This document shows positions 1 through 9,200 of a stretch of 64,000 bases of DNA, piece after piece. The position numbers and the translations under genes are program-made. The notes beneath the pieces were generated by a model, which saw only the letters and a program-made list of their open reading frames with translations, searched no databases and was not told the origin of the DNA. This stretch comes from Sedimentisphaerales bacterium (lineage in GTDB: Bacteria; Planctomycetota; Phycisphaerae; Sedimentisphaerales; SM23-30): contig CAXXFK010000030.1 in the NCBI GenBank assembly GCA_963663965.2, positions 128,001 through 192,000 of the forward strand, written 5' to 3'. Position 1 is the first letter of the stretch. Each line of letters opens with the position of its first letter.

Positions 1-1
1 T

Positions 2-358
2 GTTTTTTGGGGGTATCGATGGTGGAGAGAGCGAATGATAGTTGGTCATCCCGGGGGTGTAAAAAGCCAAATGAAGATGTTTGTAAGTGCGCTTGAAGCT
101 TACCGGATCAGTACGGATGGGTATCCGGATAGCGAGTTGGGGTTGCAGGCATTGTTGGTGGAGCCGCCGGGAGTAAATGGGTGGGCGGGGCCTTATCTGA
201 TAGATCCCTGGATTCCGCGGGATCCGTGGAATAGCGCTTATATTTATGAGTATCCCGGGCGGATTCATCCTGATTCGTTCGATCTGATCTGTATCGGGCG
301 GGATCGAGTGAGGGGGAGCGCTGACGATATTGTGATGTCGGGGTTGAGCCAGAGGTAG
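2..358 (+). CDS. Type II secretion pseudopilin GspG-like protein, C-terminal domain (probably 5'-partial)
   Basis: ALEAYR...GYP...GLQALL.EP...W.GPYL...P.DPW...Y.YEYPG...FDL...G.D...G.ADDI is the T2SSG signature. The frame is open back to the window start. Confidence 0.75.
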   Translation, partial: VFWGYRWWRERMIVGHPGGVKSQMKMFVSALEAYRISTDGYPDSELGLQALLVEPPGVNGWAGPYLIDPWIPRDPWNSAYIYEYPGRIHPDSFDLICIGRDRVRGSADDIVMSGLSQR

Positions 359-840
359 TAGTTGGGTTTGTTGGGGGTGGTTGGCGGGAAGAGGGTCATG
401 CCGGCGCGTTGGAGGAAGGGGTGGAACTGGCCCAGGCGGGTGAGGCATTCGATGGCGGAAACGTTGAGGAGCGGGAGGGTGTTCTGGACGAGGCGGGGGC
501 CGAGGCCCCAGCCGCGGAGGAGCGGGTGGATGACGATGCGGCTGAGGCAGCGCATGTCGGTATTGAGGCGGGTGAGGTGGCGGCCGCGGACTTCGGGCGG
601 GTAGAGGCCGTTGAGGGCCTGGGAGCGGGCGGCGGAGTTGGGGATGCAGTAGCCGTAGACGATGACGCCGGCGAGCCGGTTGGGGATGGCGCGGAGGCGG
701 GGATGGTCGGGGAGCTGGAGGGCGAAGATGCGGGCGATGGGGCCGAGTCTGGGGTTGCAGTAGTGGTATTGGGCGAGGGAGCGCCAGGCGGCGCGGTCGG
801 CGGGGATGACCTGGGATGACTGGATGAGTGAACCGATCAT
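265..840 (-). CDS. GNAT-fold acetyltransferase resembling the acetyltransferase half of COG2401 (ABC ATPase-GNAT)
   Basis: YHY motif, LSRIVIHPLLRGWGLG acetyl-CoA-binding motif A and FLQRAGM. AAGGAGGT RBS precedes ATG 840. Confidence 0.7.
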   Translation of the reverse strand: MIGSLIQSSQVIPADRAAWRSLAQYHYCNPRLGPIARIFALQLPDHPRLRAIPNRLAGVIVYGYCIPNSAARSQALNGLYPPEVRGRHLTRLNTDMRCLSRIVIHPLLRGWGLGPRLVQNTLPLLNVSAIECLTRLGQFHPFLQRAGMTLFPPTTPNKPNYYLWLNPDITISSALPLTRSRPIQIRSNESG

Positions 841-877
841 GATGGGGACCTCCTTTTTCAAGATATTAGAGCGGGTT

Positions 878-1240
878 TCACACGAAGGCACGAAGCCACG
901 AAGATTAACAGCCGAAAAGGCGAACCACGAATTCACACGAATGGACACTAATATTAGATAAAGAATATATATTAAAAATACAATAATACTATATCAGGCT
1001 AGTATTGCACATAGGTGTAAAGCCGTAAAAAAAACAGCTAAACAGCCGATAGAACCACGAAGCGCCTTCGGCTTCACGAAGAGCGCCTGCGGCGCTACAC
1101 GAAGGGCCGGTGGCCTGGTTTAGAGTTAAGGATATCGATAGTTTGTTTTTGGGATGAATCATAAGGGACCGCGTTACTGAAAAAGATAAAAAAGGGTAAC
1201 AGCCGGTAGAACCACGGAATACACGGAACACACGGAAAAA
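878..1240 (+). repeat. Cluster of short triplet direct-repeat units (CACGAAG x3, CACGAAT x2, CACGGAA x3), mostly led by AACAGCC
   Basis: Examples: cacgaaggcacgaagccacgaag, aaccacgaattcacacgaat, accacggaatacacggaacacacggaa. Confidence 0.8.
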
Positions 1241-1409
1241 AATGCAATAGTAATAAAATAGATATATAATATATAATAACGTAATAGCGTGCGAGGCGTT
1301 GGCTGGTTTTGAGGTTAGAGGGCTTAATATTTTGTTTTTGGGATGAATCATTATGATTGACTCGATTAATGGGTATAGGTGTTCACATAGTCATCGCTTT
1401 GGAATTATG

Positions 1410-1557
1410 CTGCCCTTGCAGGGCGATAGCTGTCCCGGCGGGTTCAGACCCAGGGTTGCACTCGCTGCGCTCGTTTTCCCTCTGGGTTATGTTATAATGG
1501 CCCCGCCTGAGGCGGATCTTCGACCTCCGGGCCGTTTAGGTAACCGCCTTCGGCGGA
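1410..1557. repeat. REP-like hairpin elements
   Basis: gcccttgcagggc, cccaggg...ctggg, ccgcctgaggcgg and ccgccttcggcgg palindromes. CCTGAGGCGGATCTTCGAC recurs at about 26088, 30838, 34774 and 58495. Confidence 0.6.
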
Positions 1558-1604
1558 AACTATTTTTGTGTGTTCACTAACTAATGGGTTATGGTTTGTT
1601 GCTT

Positions 1605-2282
1605 TCATGGGTCATTCTTTGGTTGGTGGTGGCTGGTCTGGGACTGGCCGTTGGGGTAGCGGCGGATGAGGGTGTCGGGTTGGAGGTCATCGATGAGGTC
1701 GTCGCGGTGTGAGGCGAGGATGAAGCGGGTGTGGGACCGGCGTGACCATTGTCGGATGCGGTGGCAGAGTCCGGCGGCGGTGATGAGGTCGAGTGAGGCG
1801 GCGAATTCATCGGCGCAGATAACGGCGGGTTTGAAGCTCATGGCGCGGGCCAGTCGGAGGCGATCGAGTTCGCCGACGCTGAGGTTGGGTCGCAGCCAGA
1901 CGGCCGGTTCGCTGAGGCCGGCGAGGGTGAGGAACTGGAGGGCCTGGTCGAGCGGCAGGTGGTTGAAGCAGTCGGCGGGCGCGGCGCCGGAGGGAATGGA
2001 GATGGCGTTGAGGTCAACGAGCTGGCGCGGATCGGGCCAGGCGGTGTGCAGGTGGCGGAGGATGGCCTGGAAGGTGAGTGATTTGCCAGAGCCGCTGGGG
2101 CCGGTGAGGTAGACGATCTGGCCGGGGGACAGGCTGAAGGGTCGGGGCGGGGCCGGCTGGAAGGCGGGTTGGCGTTCTATGGGCAGCCCAAAATGGCGGG
2201 CCAGTTCGAGGCCGCGCGCGCTGAGAAATGGGGTATTTGTGTTATTGAGATCGGCGAGATTTATCGTGCATTGAGTTCCCAT
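1605..2282 (-). CDS. Stand-alone ABC-type ATPase (COG2401 ATPase-like, no permease nearby)
   Basis: Walker A GPSGSGKS, signature LSVGE, Walker B ICADEF, H-switch ASHR. Confidence 0.8.
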   Translation of the reverse strand: MGTQCTINLADLNNTNTPFLSARGLELARHFGLPIERQPAFQPAPPRPFSLSPGQIVYLTGPSGSGKSLTFQAILRHLHTAWPDPRQLVDLNAISIPSGAAPADCFNHLPLDQALQFLTLAGLSEPAVWLRPNLSVGELDRLRLARAMSFKPAVICADEFAASLDLITAAGLCHRIRQWSRRSHTRFILASHRDDLIDDLQPDTLIRRYPNGQSQTSHHQPKNDP

Positions 2283-2301
2283 GGTTTTCCTCCAAATATT
2301 T

Positions 2302-2730
2302 TCATCCGCATTGCTGGCGGGTGAGTGTGTCGAGTCGGTTCTGGATGGTTTCGATGCGGCGTCGGACTTCGTAGCTGCCGAGTTGTCGTTTTTGTGCGAT
2401 TTTGCGGTAGCCGAGGTTGAGCATGAAACTGTCGTAGGCGATCTGGCGGTCGAGGGGGTGGAACTGGTCCCGGTGGCGGATGATATCGATGTAGCGGCCG
2501 TGGATCAGGCGGCGGGAAAGGGATTTGATGCGGGAGGCGATGGTTTTTTCGGAGGCGTGCAGCAGGCCGGCCAGGGACCGGATGGGAATATGGTGGATGA
2601 GATGGGCCTCCATGAGGGTTCGTTCGTGGGGCTCGAGCCATTGCAGTCTGAGGCGGACGGCTTCGGTGAGATTGGGGCAGCGGCCGGGATTTCTGGCGGA
2701 TTCGACCGAGAAATTATCCAGATTTATCAT
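2302..2730 (-). CDS. Sigma-70 region-4-like tandem HTH protein
   Basis: LEPHERTLM...IRSLAGLLHASEKTIASRI and a second GYRKIAQKRQLGSYEVRRRI HTH. AGGAGGT RBS upstream. Confidence 0.6.
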   Translation of the reverse strand: MINLDNFSVESARNPGRCPNLTEAVRLRLQWLEPHERTLMEAHLIHHIPIRSLAGLLHASEKTIASRIKSLSRRLIHGRYIDIIRHRDQFHPLDRQIAYDSFMLNLGYRKIAQKRQLGSYEVRRRIETIQNRLDTLTRQQCG

Positions 2731-2788
2731 ATAACACCTCCTGTTTTATTGTTGCATATACCAATAACATATGATATAATATACTTAA

Positions 2789-2805
2789 CAGGAAACTATT
2801 TCCAG
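2789..2805. promoter_or_regulatory. Candidate operator palindrome in the divergent promoter region
   Basis: CAGGAAA-cta-TTTCCAG, one mismatch from a perfect inverted repeat. Confidence 0.35.
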
Positions 2806-2844
2806 GAAAAAATATTAGAAATGTATAAAATAATCTGTAATTAG

Positions 2845-2872
2845 TTGACAAGAAAACATTTTGGTGCATAAT
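2845..2872 (+). promoter_or_regulatory. Putative sigma-70 promoter for the repressor gene
   Basis: TTGACA-16 nt-CATAAT. Confidence 0.5.
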
Positions 2873-2969
2873 TTTATTTGAATAACTGGATTTTTAGTTC
2901 CTTGGGTTATTAAAATATGAATGAAGACGTTTGATCACTATTAACTGAAAAAAAATTTAACCGGAGGCG

Positions 2970-3764
2970 ATGGCCATGTCATTAGGATCGATGATTCGTA
3001 AGAAGCGTGAAGAAAAAGGTTTAACACTTGACGAGATGAGCCGGCGCACAGGCTACAGCAAGCCCTATATTTCAACTGTGGAGACGGGCCGGGTGAAAAA
3101 TCCGCCAGCGGATGAACTCTTGGTGAAGCTGGAAGAGATTCTGGAGTTTGATGACGGGACATTATTACACATTGCGCATATGGAAAAACTGCCGACGGAT
3201 ATCCGTCAGGCGTTTGAGGACAGTCAGGCGGAGAATGAGCACTGGCGCTCGTTGTTGAATGAGATGATCAGCAAGCAGCCTGAGCTGGGCAAGAAGATGA
3301 AGTCAGACAAGTTTTATGACAAGATTCTGAGACCGGACCAGAACTTTATCAAGATGGCGACGGCTGGCCGGATGGTGCCGGTGATTAACAAGGTCACCGC
3401 GGGTTATCCATTGGATTACGATGATATGGGCTATCCACCGGGCAGCGCGGATGATTATATCCGGTGCACCGACCTGCATGATCCGAACGCGTTTGCGGTG
3501 CGTGTAGTGGGTGATTCGATGGAGCCGAAGTATATAGAGGGAGATATTGTGGTGTTTTCACCGAACAGCCAGGTGGAGAATGGCGATGATTGCTTTATCC
3601 GGCTGACAGATCCTCATGAAACGACGTTTAAGCAGGTGTTTTTTGAGGATTCTGGTTTGATCCGGTTGCAGCCCCGGAACCATATTTATCCGCCGATGAT
3701 TTTGGAAGAGAGTAAAGTGAATGGAATCTGGAAGGCGGTGATCCGACAGGAACGACTGGACTGA
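2970..3764 (+). CDS. XRE-family HTH + S24 peptidase repressor (CI/LexA-like)
   Basis: N-terminal Cro/CI HTH, VTAG cleavage site (Ala-Gly), VVGDSMEP catalytic Ser, TTFKQ catalytic Lys. Confidence 0.9.
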   Translation: MAMSLGSMIRKKREEKGLTLDEMSRRTGYSKPYISTVETGRVKNPPADELLVKLEEILEFDDGTLLHIAHMEKLPTDIRQAFEDSQAENEHWRSLLNEMISKQPELGKKMKSDKFYDKILRPDQNFIKMATAGRMVPVINKVTAGYPLDYDDMGYPPGSADDYIRCTDLHDPNAFAVRVVGDSMEPKYIEGDIVVFSPNSQVENGDDCFIRLTDPHETTFKQVFFEDSGLIRLQPRNHIYPPMILEESKVNGIWKAVIRQERLD

Positions 3765-4104
3765 CCAGCGGGTGTTGTACCTGGGACACGTTGATCCATT
3801 TAAGCCCAATGGGAAAGAAGATTCCCGAACGCACGCCAGATAAATTTTTACGCGTGTAGAAGTTATATCACGGCCCAGCGGGCATATTCCCTGGTAAGCA
3901 GTATATAATTTCAGAGAGGTGGTTATTTATATTGACCGCCTGTAGGATTGACGATAAACTCCCAAGAGATCAGCGAGAGAGCGCCGTCAGGTCCGATAAC
4001 TTGTCGGCGTATTGAGTTGATTGTTATCAGAACAAAGTATATCAACGAGTTATAACTCCCGCCCAGGTTGCCTCAAGGTCAGTACGGCAGGGATAACAAG
4101 CTAT

Positions 4105-4968
4105 ATGAGTAAAAAACCGCATACCTCATTTTCTGAAGATTTCAGGATATTTTTCTTCAGAGGACTTGCTACCCTCCTGCCTACTATTCTTACGATATTC
4201 CTATTAATCAAGTGTTATGACTTTGTCCAAGTGAATATCAGCCGCCATATCACGGACGGATTGATCTGGTGTGTGGTGACGATCTGTGACAAGGCTGTTG
4301 CAGAGTATCCGAATCTGAGCAATGAGGAAATAAAAAAATATATTAACGTCGTCAAACCTCATGATTTCAATCCAAATGACGATAAAGATAAAACAGCCGT
4401 AAGGTTATGGACCTTGCGGCAAAAATGGAACCATGAGCCTCATTCGCTCGTAGGATTCGTACTGGCAATCATGCTGGTATATATTATCGGACGCCTGCTG
4501 GCGAGCTATCTGGGCCATAGTTTATGGTCCTTATTTGAGAAATCCGTGCAACAGGTGCCCGGATTCAAGCAAGTATATCCCTATATCAAGCAAGTAACAG
4601 ATTTTCTTTTTGGAGAAAATAAGATAGAATTTAACCGGGTAGTCGTAGTTCCCTACCCGCGTAAAGGACTGTGGTCGTTGGGCCTGGTGACAGGCGATGG
4701 CTTGAGCCATGTTTCGGAGAGTACTGGAGAGCAATATATAACGGTATTCATTCCGAGTTCCCCGACGCCCGTGACCGGTTATATTATCCAGGTGCCCAAG
4801 CATGAGGCGATCGACCTGCCGATCACGATCGAAGAGGCGATCCGCTTTACGGTAAGTGGCGGGGTGATATCGCCGGATCAGCCGCTGTTGAAGGGGCGTA
4901 GCAAGCCGATCCAGATCGACCCAGTCAAGACGGAACGCAATCCTGTAAATGAAGGAGATGACCCATGA
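4105..4968 (+). CDS. DUF502 membrane protein
   Basis: FFRGLATLLP start, V.YPRKG.W..G.VT and VFIPSSPTPVTGY motifs. Confidence 0.85.
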   Translation: MSKKPHTSFSEDFRIFFFRGLATLLPTILTIFLLIKCYDFVQVNISRHITDGLIWCVVTICDKAVAEYPNLSNEEIKKYINVVKPHDFNPNDDKDKTAVRLWTLRQKWNHEPHSLVGFVLAIMLVYIIGRLLASYLGHSLWSLFEKSVQQVPGFKQVYPYIKQVTDFLFGENKIEFNRVVVVPYPRKGLWSLGLVTGDGLSHVSESTGEQYITVFIPSSPTPVTGYIIQVPKHEAIDLPITIEEAIRFTVSGGVISPDQPLLKGRSKPIQIDPVKTERNPVNEGDDP

Positions 4969-5312
4969 TCGTAAAAATCACCGGCAAACACATGGAATTA
5001 ACGGACGCCATGAAGACCTATGCCGAGAAGAAAGTGGCCAAGATCATAAAATTTCATGATAAGGTTTCGGAAATCGAAGTGATTTTCGATGTGGAGGGTC
5101 AGAAGACCCATGTAGAATTGATCGTTTGTGTGGCGAATCATACCAAGCCGTTTGTGGTCACGACCAGTGACGAAGACGCATATGCCTGTCTGGACCTGGC
5201 GATCGACAAGATGGATCGTCAGATCGTCAAACACAAGGAGAAGGCGCGCAATCATAAGGGCAAAACCGGGGCTGGTGAAGCGGCCGCGGAAGTGCTCGAA
5301 TCGAAGGAATAA
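4965..5312 (+). CDS. hpf: Ribosome hibernation promoting factor (HPF/RaiA)
   Basis: ITGKHMELTDAMKTYAEKK...DAYACLDLAIDKMDRQIVKHKEK. Confidence 0.9.
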   Translation: MIVKITGKHMELTDAMKTYAEKKVAKIIKFHDKVSEIEVIFDVEGQKTHVELIVCVANHTKPFVVTTSDEDAYACLDLAIDKMDRQIVKHKEKARNHKGKTGAGEAAAEVLESKE

Positions 5313-5541
5313 GCCCTGGCGCGCCGGGGCTGTCTCAGGATCCGGCGCGGCAGGTGAGACATTGTCCGAGTCCGGGGTCGTAGAGACCCGGTTTCGGAGG
5401 GCGAGAGGCATCGGCCATGGACTCATGGCGTTGCTGGGCCCGCTGCTATAATAATTATTGTAATGACCTCAAAGGCGCATGCGTCTAACGGGGCGTTGAA
5501 CCTGTTCAATGGGCATTATTGTCCAGTGGAGTAAATGACCG

Positions 5542-6021
5542 ATGAAACTTTGTGATTTCATAGTAGCCGAGGCGATCGTGCCGGATTTGCAAGCGAGCAC
5601 GCGGGACGACGCCATTCGGGAGCTGGTGGGCCACCTGAAAGACGCCGGCAAGATCAGCGAAACAGATTTTGAAGATATCGTGAGCAAGCTCATCGAGCGG
5701 GAACGCCAGGGGAGTACGGGAATCGGCAAGGGAATCGCCGTGCCGCATATCAAGCATCCGGCGGTTACGCAGATCATCGGCACCATCGGCCGGAGCGCCG
5801 AAGGGATGGACTTTAATTCACTGGACAAGGCGCCGGTTTATTCCATCATGCTGCTGGTGAGTCCTCCGAATAATCCGGACAAGCATCTGGAAGCGATGGA
5901 GCGGTTGTTTTCGCATTTGCAGCGTGATATGTTCCGCAAGTTTCTGCGTCAGGCCGAAACCCAGCAGGAAATTGTCGATCTACTGAAGGAAGCTGACGAA
6001 TCGACGGACAGCGCGCTGTAG
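5542..6021 (+). CDS. PTS EIIA (Ntr/fructose-type) protein
   Basis: ERERQGSTGIGKGIAVPH phospho-His motif and DFNSLDKAPV. Confidence 0.9.
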   Translation: MKLCDFIVAEAIVPDLQASTRDDAIRELVGHLKDAGKISETDFEDIVSKLIERERQGSTGIGKGIAVPHIKHPAVTQIIGTIGRSAEGMDFNSLDKAPVYSIMLLVSPPNNPDKHLEAMERLFSHLQRDMFRKFLRQAETQQEIVDLLKEADESTDSAL

Positions 6022-6101
6022 CGGTCTGTCGGACGAGAGTCAGCGTGGCGAGATAAAGAACCCCGTGTCAAGCGGGGCGACCCATTAACCAAGAGGACCA
6101 C

Positions 6102-6377
6102 GTGGCCGCCGATACAAAAAAACTGGAGCGATTTGTCGAAGTAGGCATCGAAGACGGGCTGCATATGCGTCCGGCGATGAAGCTGGTGGACCGCGCGAAT
6201 GGATTTCGCAGCGAGATTACGGTTTCGTACAACGATCTATCGGTAGACGGCAAGAGCATCATGCAGGTGACCATGCTGGCGGCGACGAAGGGGACCCGGT
6301 TGTTAATTGTCGCGGAGGGTCCTGATGCCGCCGAGGCGCTGGAGGCCCTGGCGGCGATCATCGAGCACCCGGAATAG
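6102..6377 (+). CDS. ptsH: Phosphocarrier protein HPr
   Basis: GLHMRPA (His15) and DGKSIM (Ser46). GTG start with GAGGA RBS. Confidence 0.92.
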   Translation: MAADTKKLERFVEVGIEDGLHMRPAMKLVDRANGFRSEITVSYNDLSVDGKSIMQVTMLAATKGTRLLIVAEGPDAAEALEALAAIIEHPE

Positions 6378-6557
6378 CGCGGGAGCGGCGGCCGGGAGGA
6401 GGCATAGAGCAGAAAAGGAAATTCGGCATGGTTCAATCGATATTGAGCCACGAACCGGGACTGTCAGCGGGATTCGAGCCCGCGGCCCGGGGAGCCGTGA
6501 AGGAATCCGATACAGAACTTTTGCGACGCCACGGCGTCCACTGAAAAGCGAACCGCC

Positions 6558-8315
6558 ATGGAGATTATCAAGGGTATAGGCGTATCGCAGGGCGTGGCCA
6601 TCTGCCCGGCCGTGATACTTGAGACGGAAGACTTCAACATTCCGCACCGCACCGTGCCGGCCGCGAACGCGCGGCACGAGATACAATCTCTGCGCAAGGC
6701 GTTTCTGGACGCGACCCAGGAGGTGTCGGATTTACAGGTATCGCAGGCGGGCCTGCTGGACAGTTCGGTGAAGGACATTTTTGCGGTGCATCTGCACTTT
6801 TTGCGGGATCGCACCCTGCGCAAGCGGATGACGGATCTGATCGGTGAGAAGCATTATTCGGCGGAATACGCGGTGAGCGTGGTGATGCGGGATATTGCCA
6901 AGCATTTTGCCTCGGCGCGCGACCGGTATATTTCGGAACGCGCCAGCGATATTTTCGATATCGAGCGGCGTTTGATCCGTCATCTGACGGGTGAGCGTCG
7001 CAGCGACCTGCAGAACCTGACCGAGCAGGTGGTGATTGTGGCGCATGACCTGACGCCGACGCAGACGGCCCAGTTCAACAAGGAGCTGGTGAAGGGGTTT
7101 GCCACGGACGAGGGGGGCCGGACCTCGCATACGGCGATTGTGGCGCGTTCGCTGGGGATCCCGGCGGTGGTGGCGCTGGGCAATGTGACCGCATCGGTGA
7201 ACCTGGGGGACCGGGTGATCGTGGATGGCAATCGCGGGATTGTGATTGTCAATCCGGACCCGGCCACGCTGGACGATTACAAAAAGTATGTACAGACGAT
7301 CCGTCAGCATGAGCATGAGCTGGATGAAGTGGCGAAACTGCCGGCGGTGACGCTGGACGGTCAGTCGATCGAGTTGCTGGGGAATATCGAGTTTCCGAGC
7401 GAGTCGCAGATTGTCTTGAACAAGGGCGGCGCGGGGATCGGATTGTACCGGACGGAGTTTCTTTATCTGGAGGCCAACGAGGATCCAACGGAAGAGGACC
7501 ATTACCGGGCGTATGTGGATGTGCTGGAGGCGTTTGGCAAGCTGCCGGTGACGATCCGGACGATCGACCTGGGCGCGGATAAATTTACGCAGCAGCGGAG
7601 CGGATTGCCGGAGCGGAACCCGTTTCTGGGGTTGCGGTCGATCCGGTACTGTTTACAGAATCTGCCGATTTTCAAAACGCAGATCCGGGCGATATTGCGC
7701 GCGTCGGTCAAGGGTCAGGTAAAGATCATGTTCCCGCTGATCACGAACCTGCTGGAGGTGCGTCAGGCGAAATGGGTGGTGGCGGATGTGATGGAGGATC
7801 TGGAAGAGCAGGGGATCGAATTCGACACGGAGATCCCGATCGGGATCATGATCGAGACCCCGGCGGCGGCGCTGACGGTGGATCATCTGGCCGACGAGGT
7901 GGATTTCTTTTCGATCGGCACCAATGACCTGATTCAGTACACCCTGGCGGTGGACCGGGTGAATGAGAAGGTGGCATCGTTATACAGTCCGCTGCATCCG
8001 GCGATATTGATGCTGCTGGATAAGATCGCCAAGGCGGCGAACCGGGCCCGGATCGGGGTGAGCATCTGCGGGGAGATGGCGTCGGAATCGGAATTGATCC
8101 CGTTATTGATCGGGCTGGGCTTTGACACCTTGTCGGTGGCGCCGCCCATGATTCCCGAGGCGAAAAAGATCGTGCGTTCGGTGAATACCGAGTATTGCCG
8201 GCAGATCGCCCGGCGCGCGTTGACCTTTGATACCGATACACAAACCGTCAGCTATTTGCGCGAAGAGTTGCGCAAGATCCAGAACGGGGAAGTGGGGACC
8301 GAGGATACCTGCTGA
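6558..8315 (+). CDS. ptsI: Phosphoenolpyruvate-protein phosphotransferase (PTS enzyme I)
   Basis: GGRTSHTAI phospho-His, GIGLYRTEFL, ERNPFLGLRSIR, DFFSIGTNDL and ICGEMA. Confidence 0.95.
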   Translation: MEIIKGIGVSQGVAICPAVILETEDFNIPHRTVPAANARHEIQSLRKAFLDATQEVSDLQVSQAGLLDSSVKDIFAVHLHFLRDRTLRKRMTDLIGEKHYSAEYAVSVVMRDIAKHFASARDRYISERASDIFDIERRLIRHLTGERRSDLQNLTEQVVIVAHDLTPTQTAQFNKELVKGFATDEGGRTSHTAIVARSLGIPAVVALGNVTASVNLGDRVIVDGNRGIVIVNPDPATLDDYKKYVQTIRQHEHELDEVAKLPAVTLDGQSIELLGNIEFPSESQIVLNKGGAGIGLYRTEFLYLEANEDPTEEDHYRAYVDVLEAFGKLPVTIRTIDLGADKFTQQRSGLPERNPFLGLRSIRYCLQNLPIFKTQIRAILRASVKGQVKIMFPLITNLLEVRQAKWVVADVMEDLEEQGIEFDTEIPIGIMIETPAAALTVDHLADEVDFFSIGTNDLIQYTLAVDRVNEKVASLYSPLHPAILMLLDKIAKAANRARIGVSICGEMASESELIPLLIGLGFDTLSVAPPMIPEAKKIVRSVNTEYCRQIARRALTFDTDTQTVSYLREELRKIQNGEVGTEDTC

Positions 8316-8339
8316 CCGGCGAAGAACTATTAAAGGCAT

Positions 8340-8387
8340 GAGGAAAGCTCCCGACTGACTGAAAGCAGTCATGCGGGATCTTTCCTC
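8340..8387 (+). other. Long intergenic RNA stem-loop upstream of TIGR03936-rne
   Basis: Nested pairs GAGGAAAG/CTTTCCTC, TCCCG/CGGGA and GACTG/CAGTC. Confidence 0.5.
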
Positions 8388-8403
8388 CTGACCGTCCATT
8401 TTT

Positions 8404-9096
8404 ATGGATCAGAAAAGCGAAACAAAATACAAACTGGCCGTCTGGTTTGCCATTGGCGGCGACAAGCGGTTTCTGTCGCATCGTGACACAATCCGATTCT
8501 GGCATCGCGCCCTGGTGCGCGCGCGGGTGCCGGTCGTCTATTCCAAGGGATTCAATCCACACATTCGGTTTTCGATGCCGCTGCCCCGATCGGTAGGAAC
8601 GGCGGGCGCGTGTGAATTGATGCTGGTGGAGGTTCCGTGGCAGTCAGACCTGACGGGTTGGACCGAAGCGCTGGCCGGGACGCTGCCGGAGGAGATTGCC
8701 CTGCTGGGTCTGCAATGGATCGCGTGTCCGATCGATGTGCAGCCGTTATGGGCGGATTACCGGATCGGGTTCGATCCGGCGGCAGCGGACGAACTGGCGG
8801 TGAAGGTGGCGGCGTTTGAGCAGGCGGAGCGCTGGCCGGTCTCGCGGCCGAAGCGGGGCAAGCATCTGGCGCGGACCATCGATTTGAAAGAGCAGGTGGC
8901 GCGGTTGCGACTGGAAGCGGGCGCGGTCTGCTGCCGGGTATTGCCGGGGTCGAGCGCGACGGTGCGGATCGATGAACTGATGGCGGCGCTGGGTTATGAC
9001 ACGGAGCGTCTGCCGCTGCGAATCGACCGGGTGGGAGTGGGCTGGCGGCCGCCATTGGATCGCGCGCCGGCAGTGGAGGTGATCCGTGACGAGTGA
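8404..9096 (+). CDS. TIGR03936 radical SAM-linked protein (DUF2344)
   Basis: RFLSHRD...RAL.RA.VPV.YSKGFNPH...LP..VG. Typical position upstream of rne/rng. Confidence 0.85.
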   Translation: MDQKSETKYKLAVWFAIGGDKRFLSHRDTIRFWHRALVRARVPVVYSKGFNPHIRFSMPLPRSVGTAGACELMLVEVPWQSDLTGWTEALAGTLPEEIALLGLQWIACPIDVQPLWADYRIGFDPAAADELAVKVAAFEQAERWPVSRPKRGKHLARTIDLKEQVARLRLEAGAVCCRVLPGSSATVRIDELMAALGYDTERLPLRIDRVGVGWRPPLDRAPAVEVIRDE

Positions 9097-9200
9097 GGAT
9101 GGAATGGGCCTGAAGGGCCAGGAAAATTTGAGTATAAGCCGGAATGCCGGCTTTGAACATAACACAAAATAAATGAAACGAAGTAAAGAAGACAACAATC

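Noticed and set aside
989..1580. Short ORFs between the GNAT and the ATPase
   Set aside because: They translate repeat and hairpin DNA (for example FRVFRVFRG) and have no protein motifs.
2302..3764. Intact prophage
   Set aside because: No integrase, terminase, capsid or tail genes are visible; only the switch-like pair is present.
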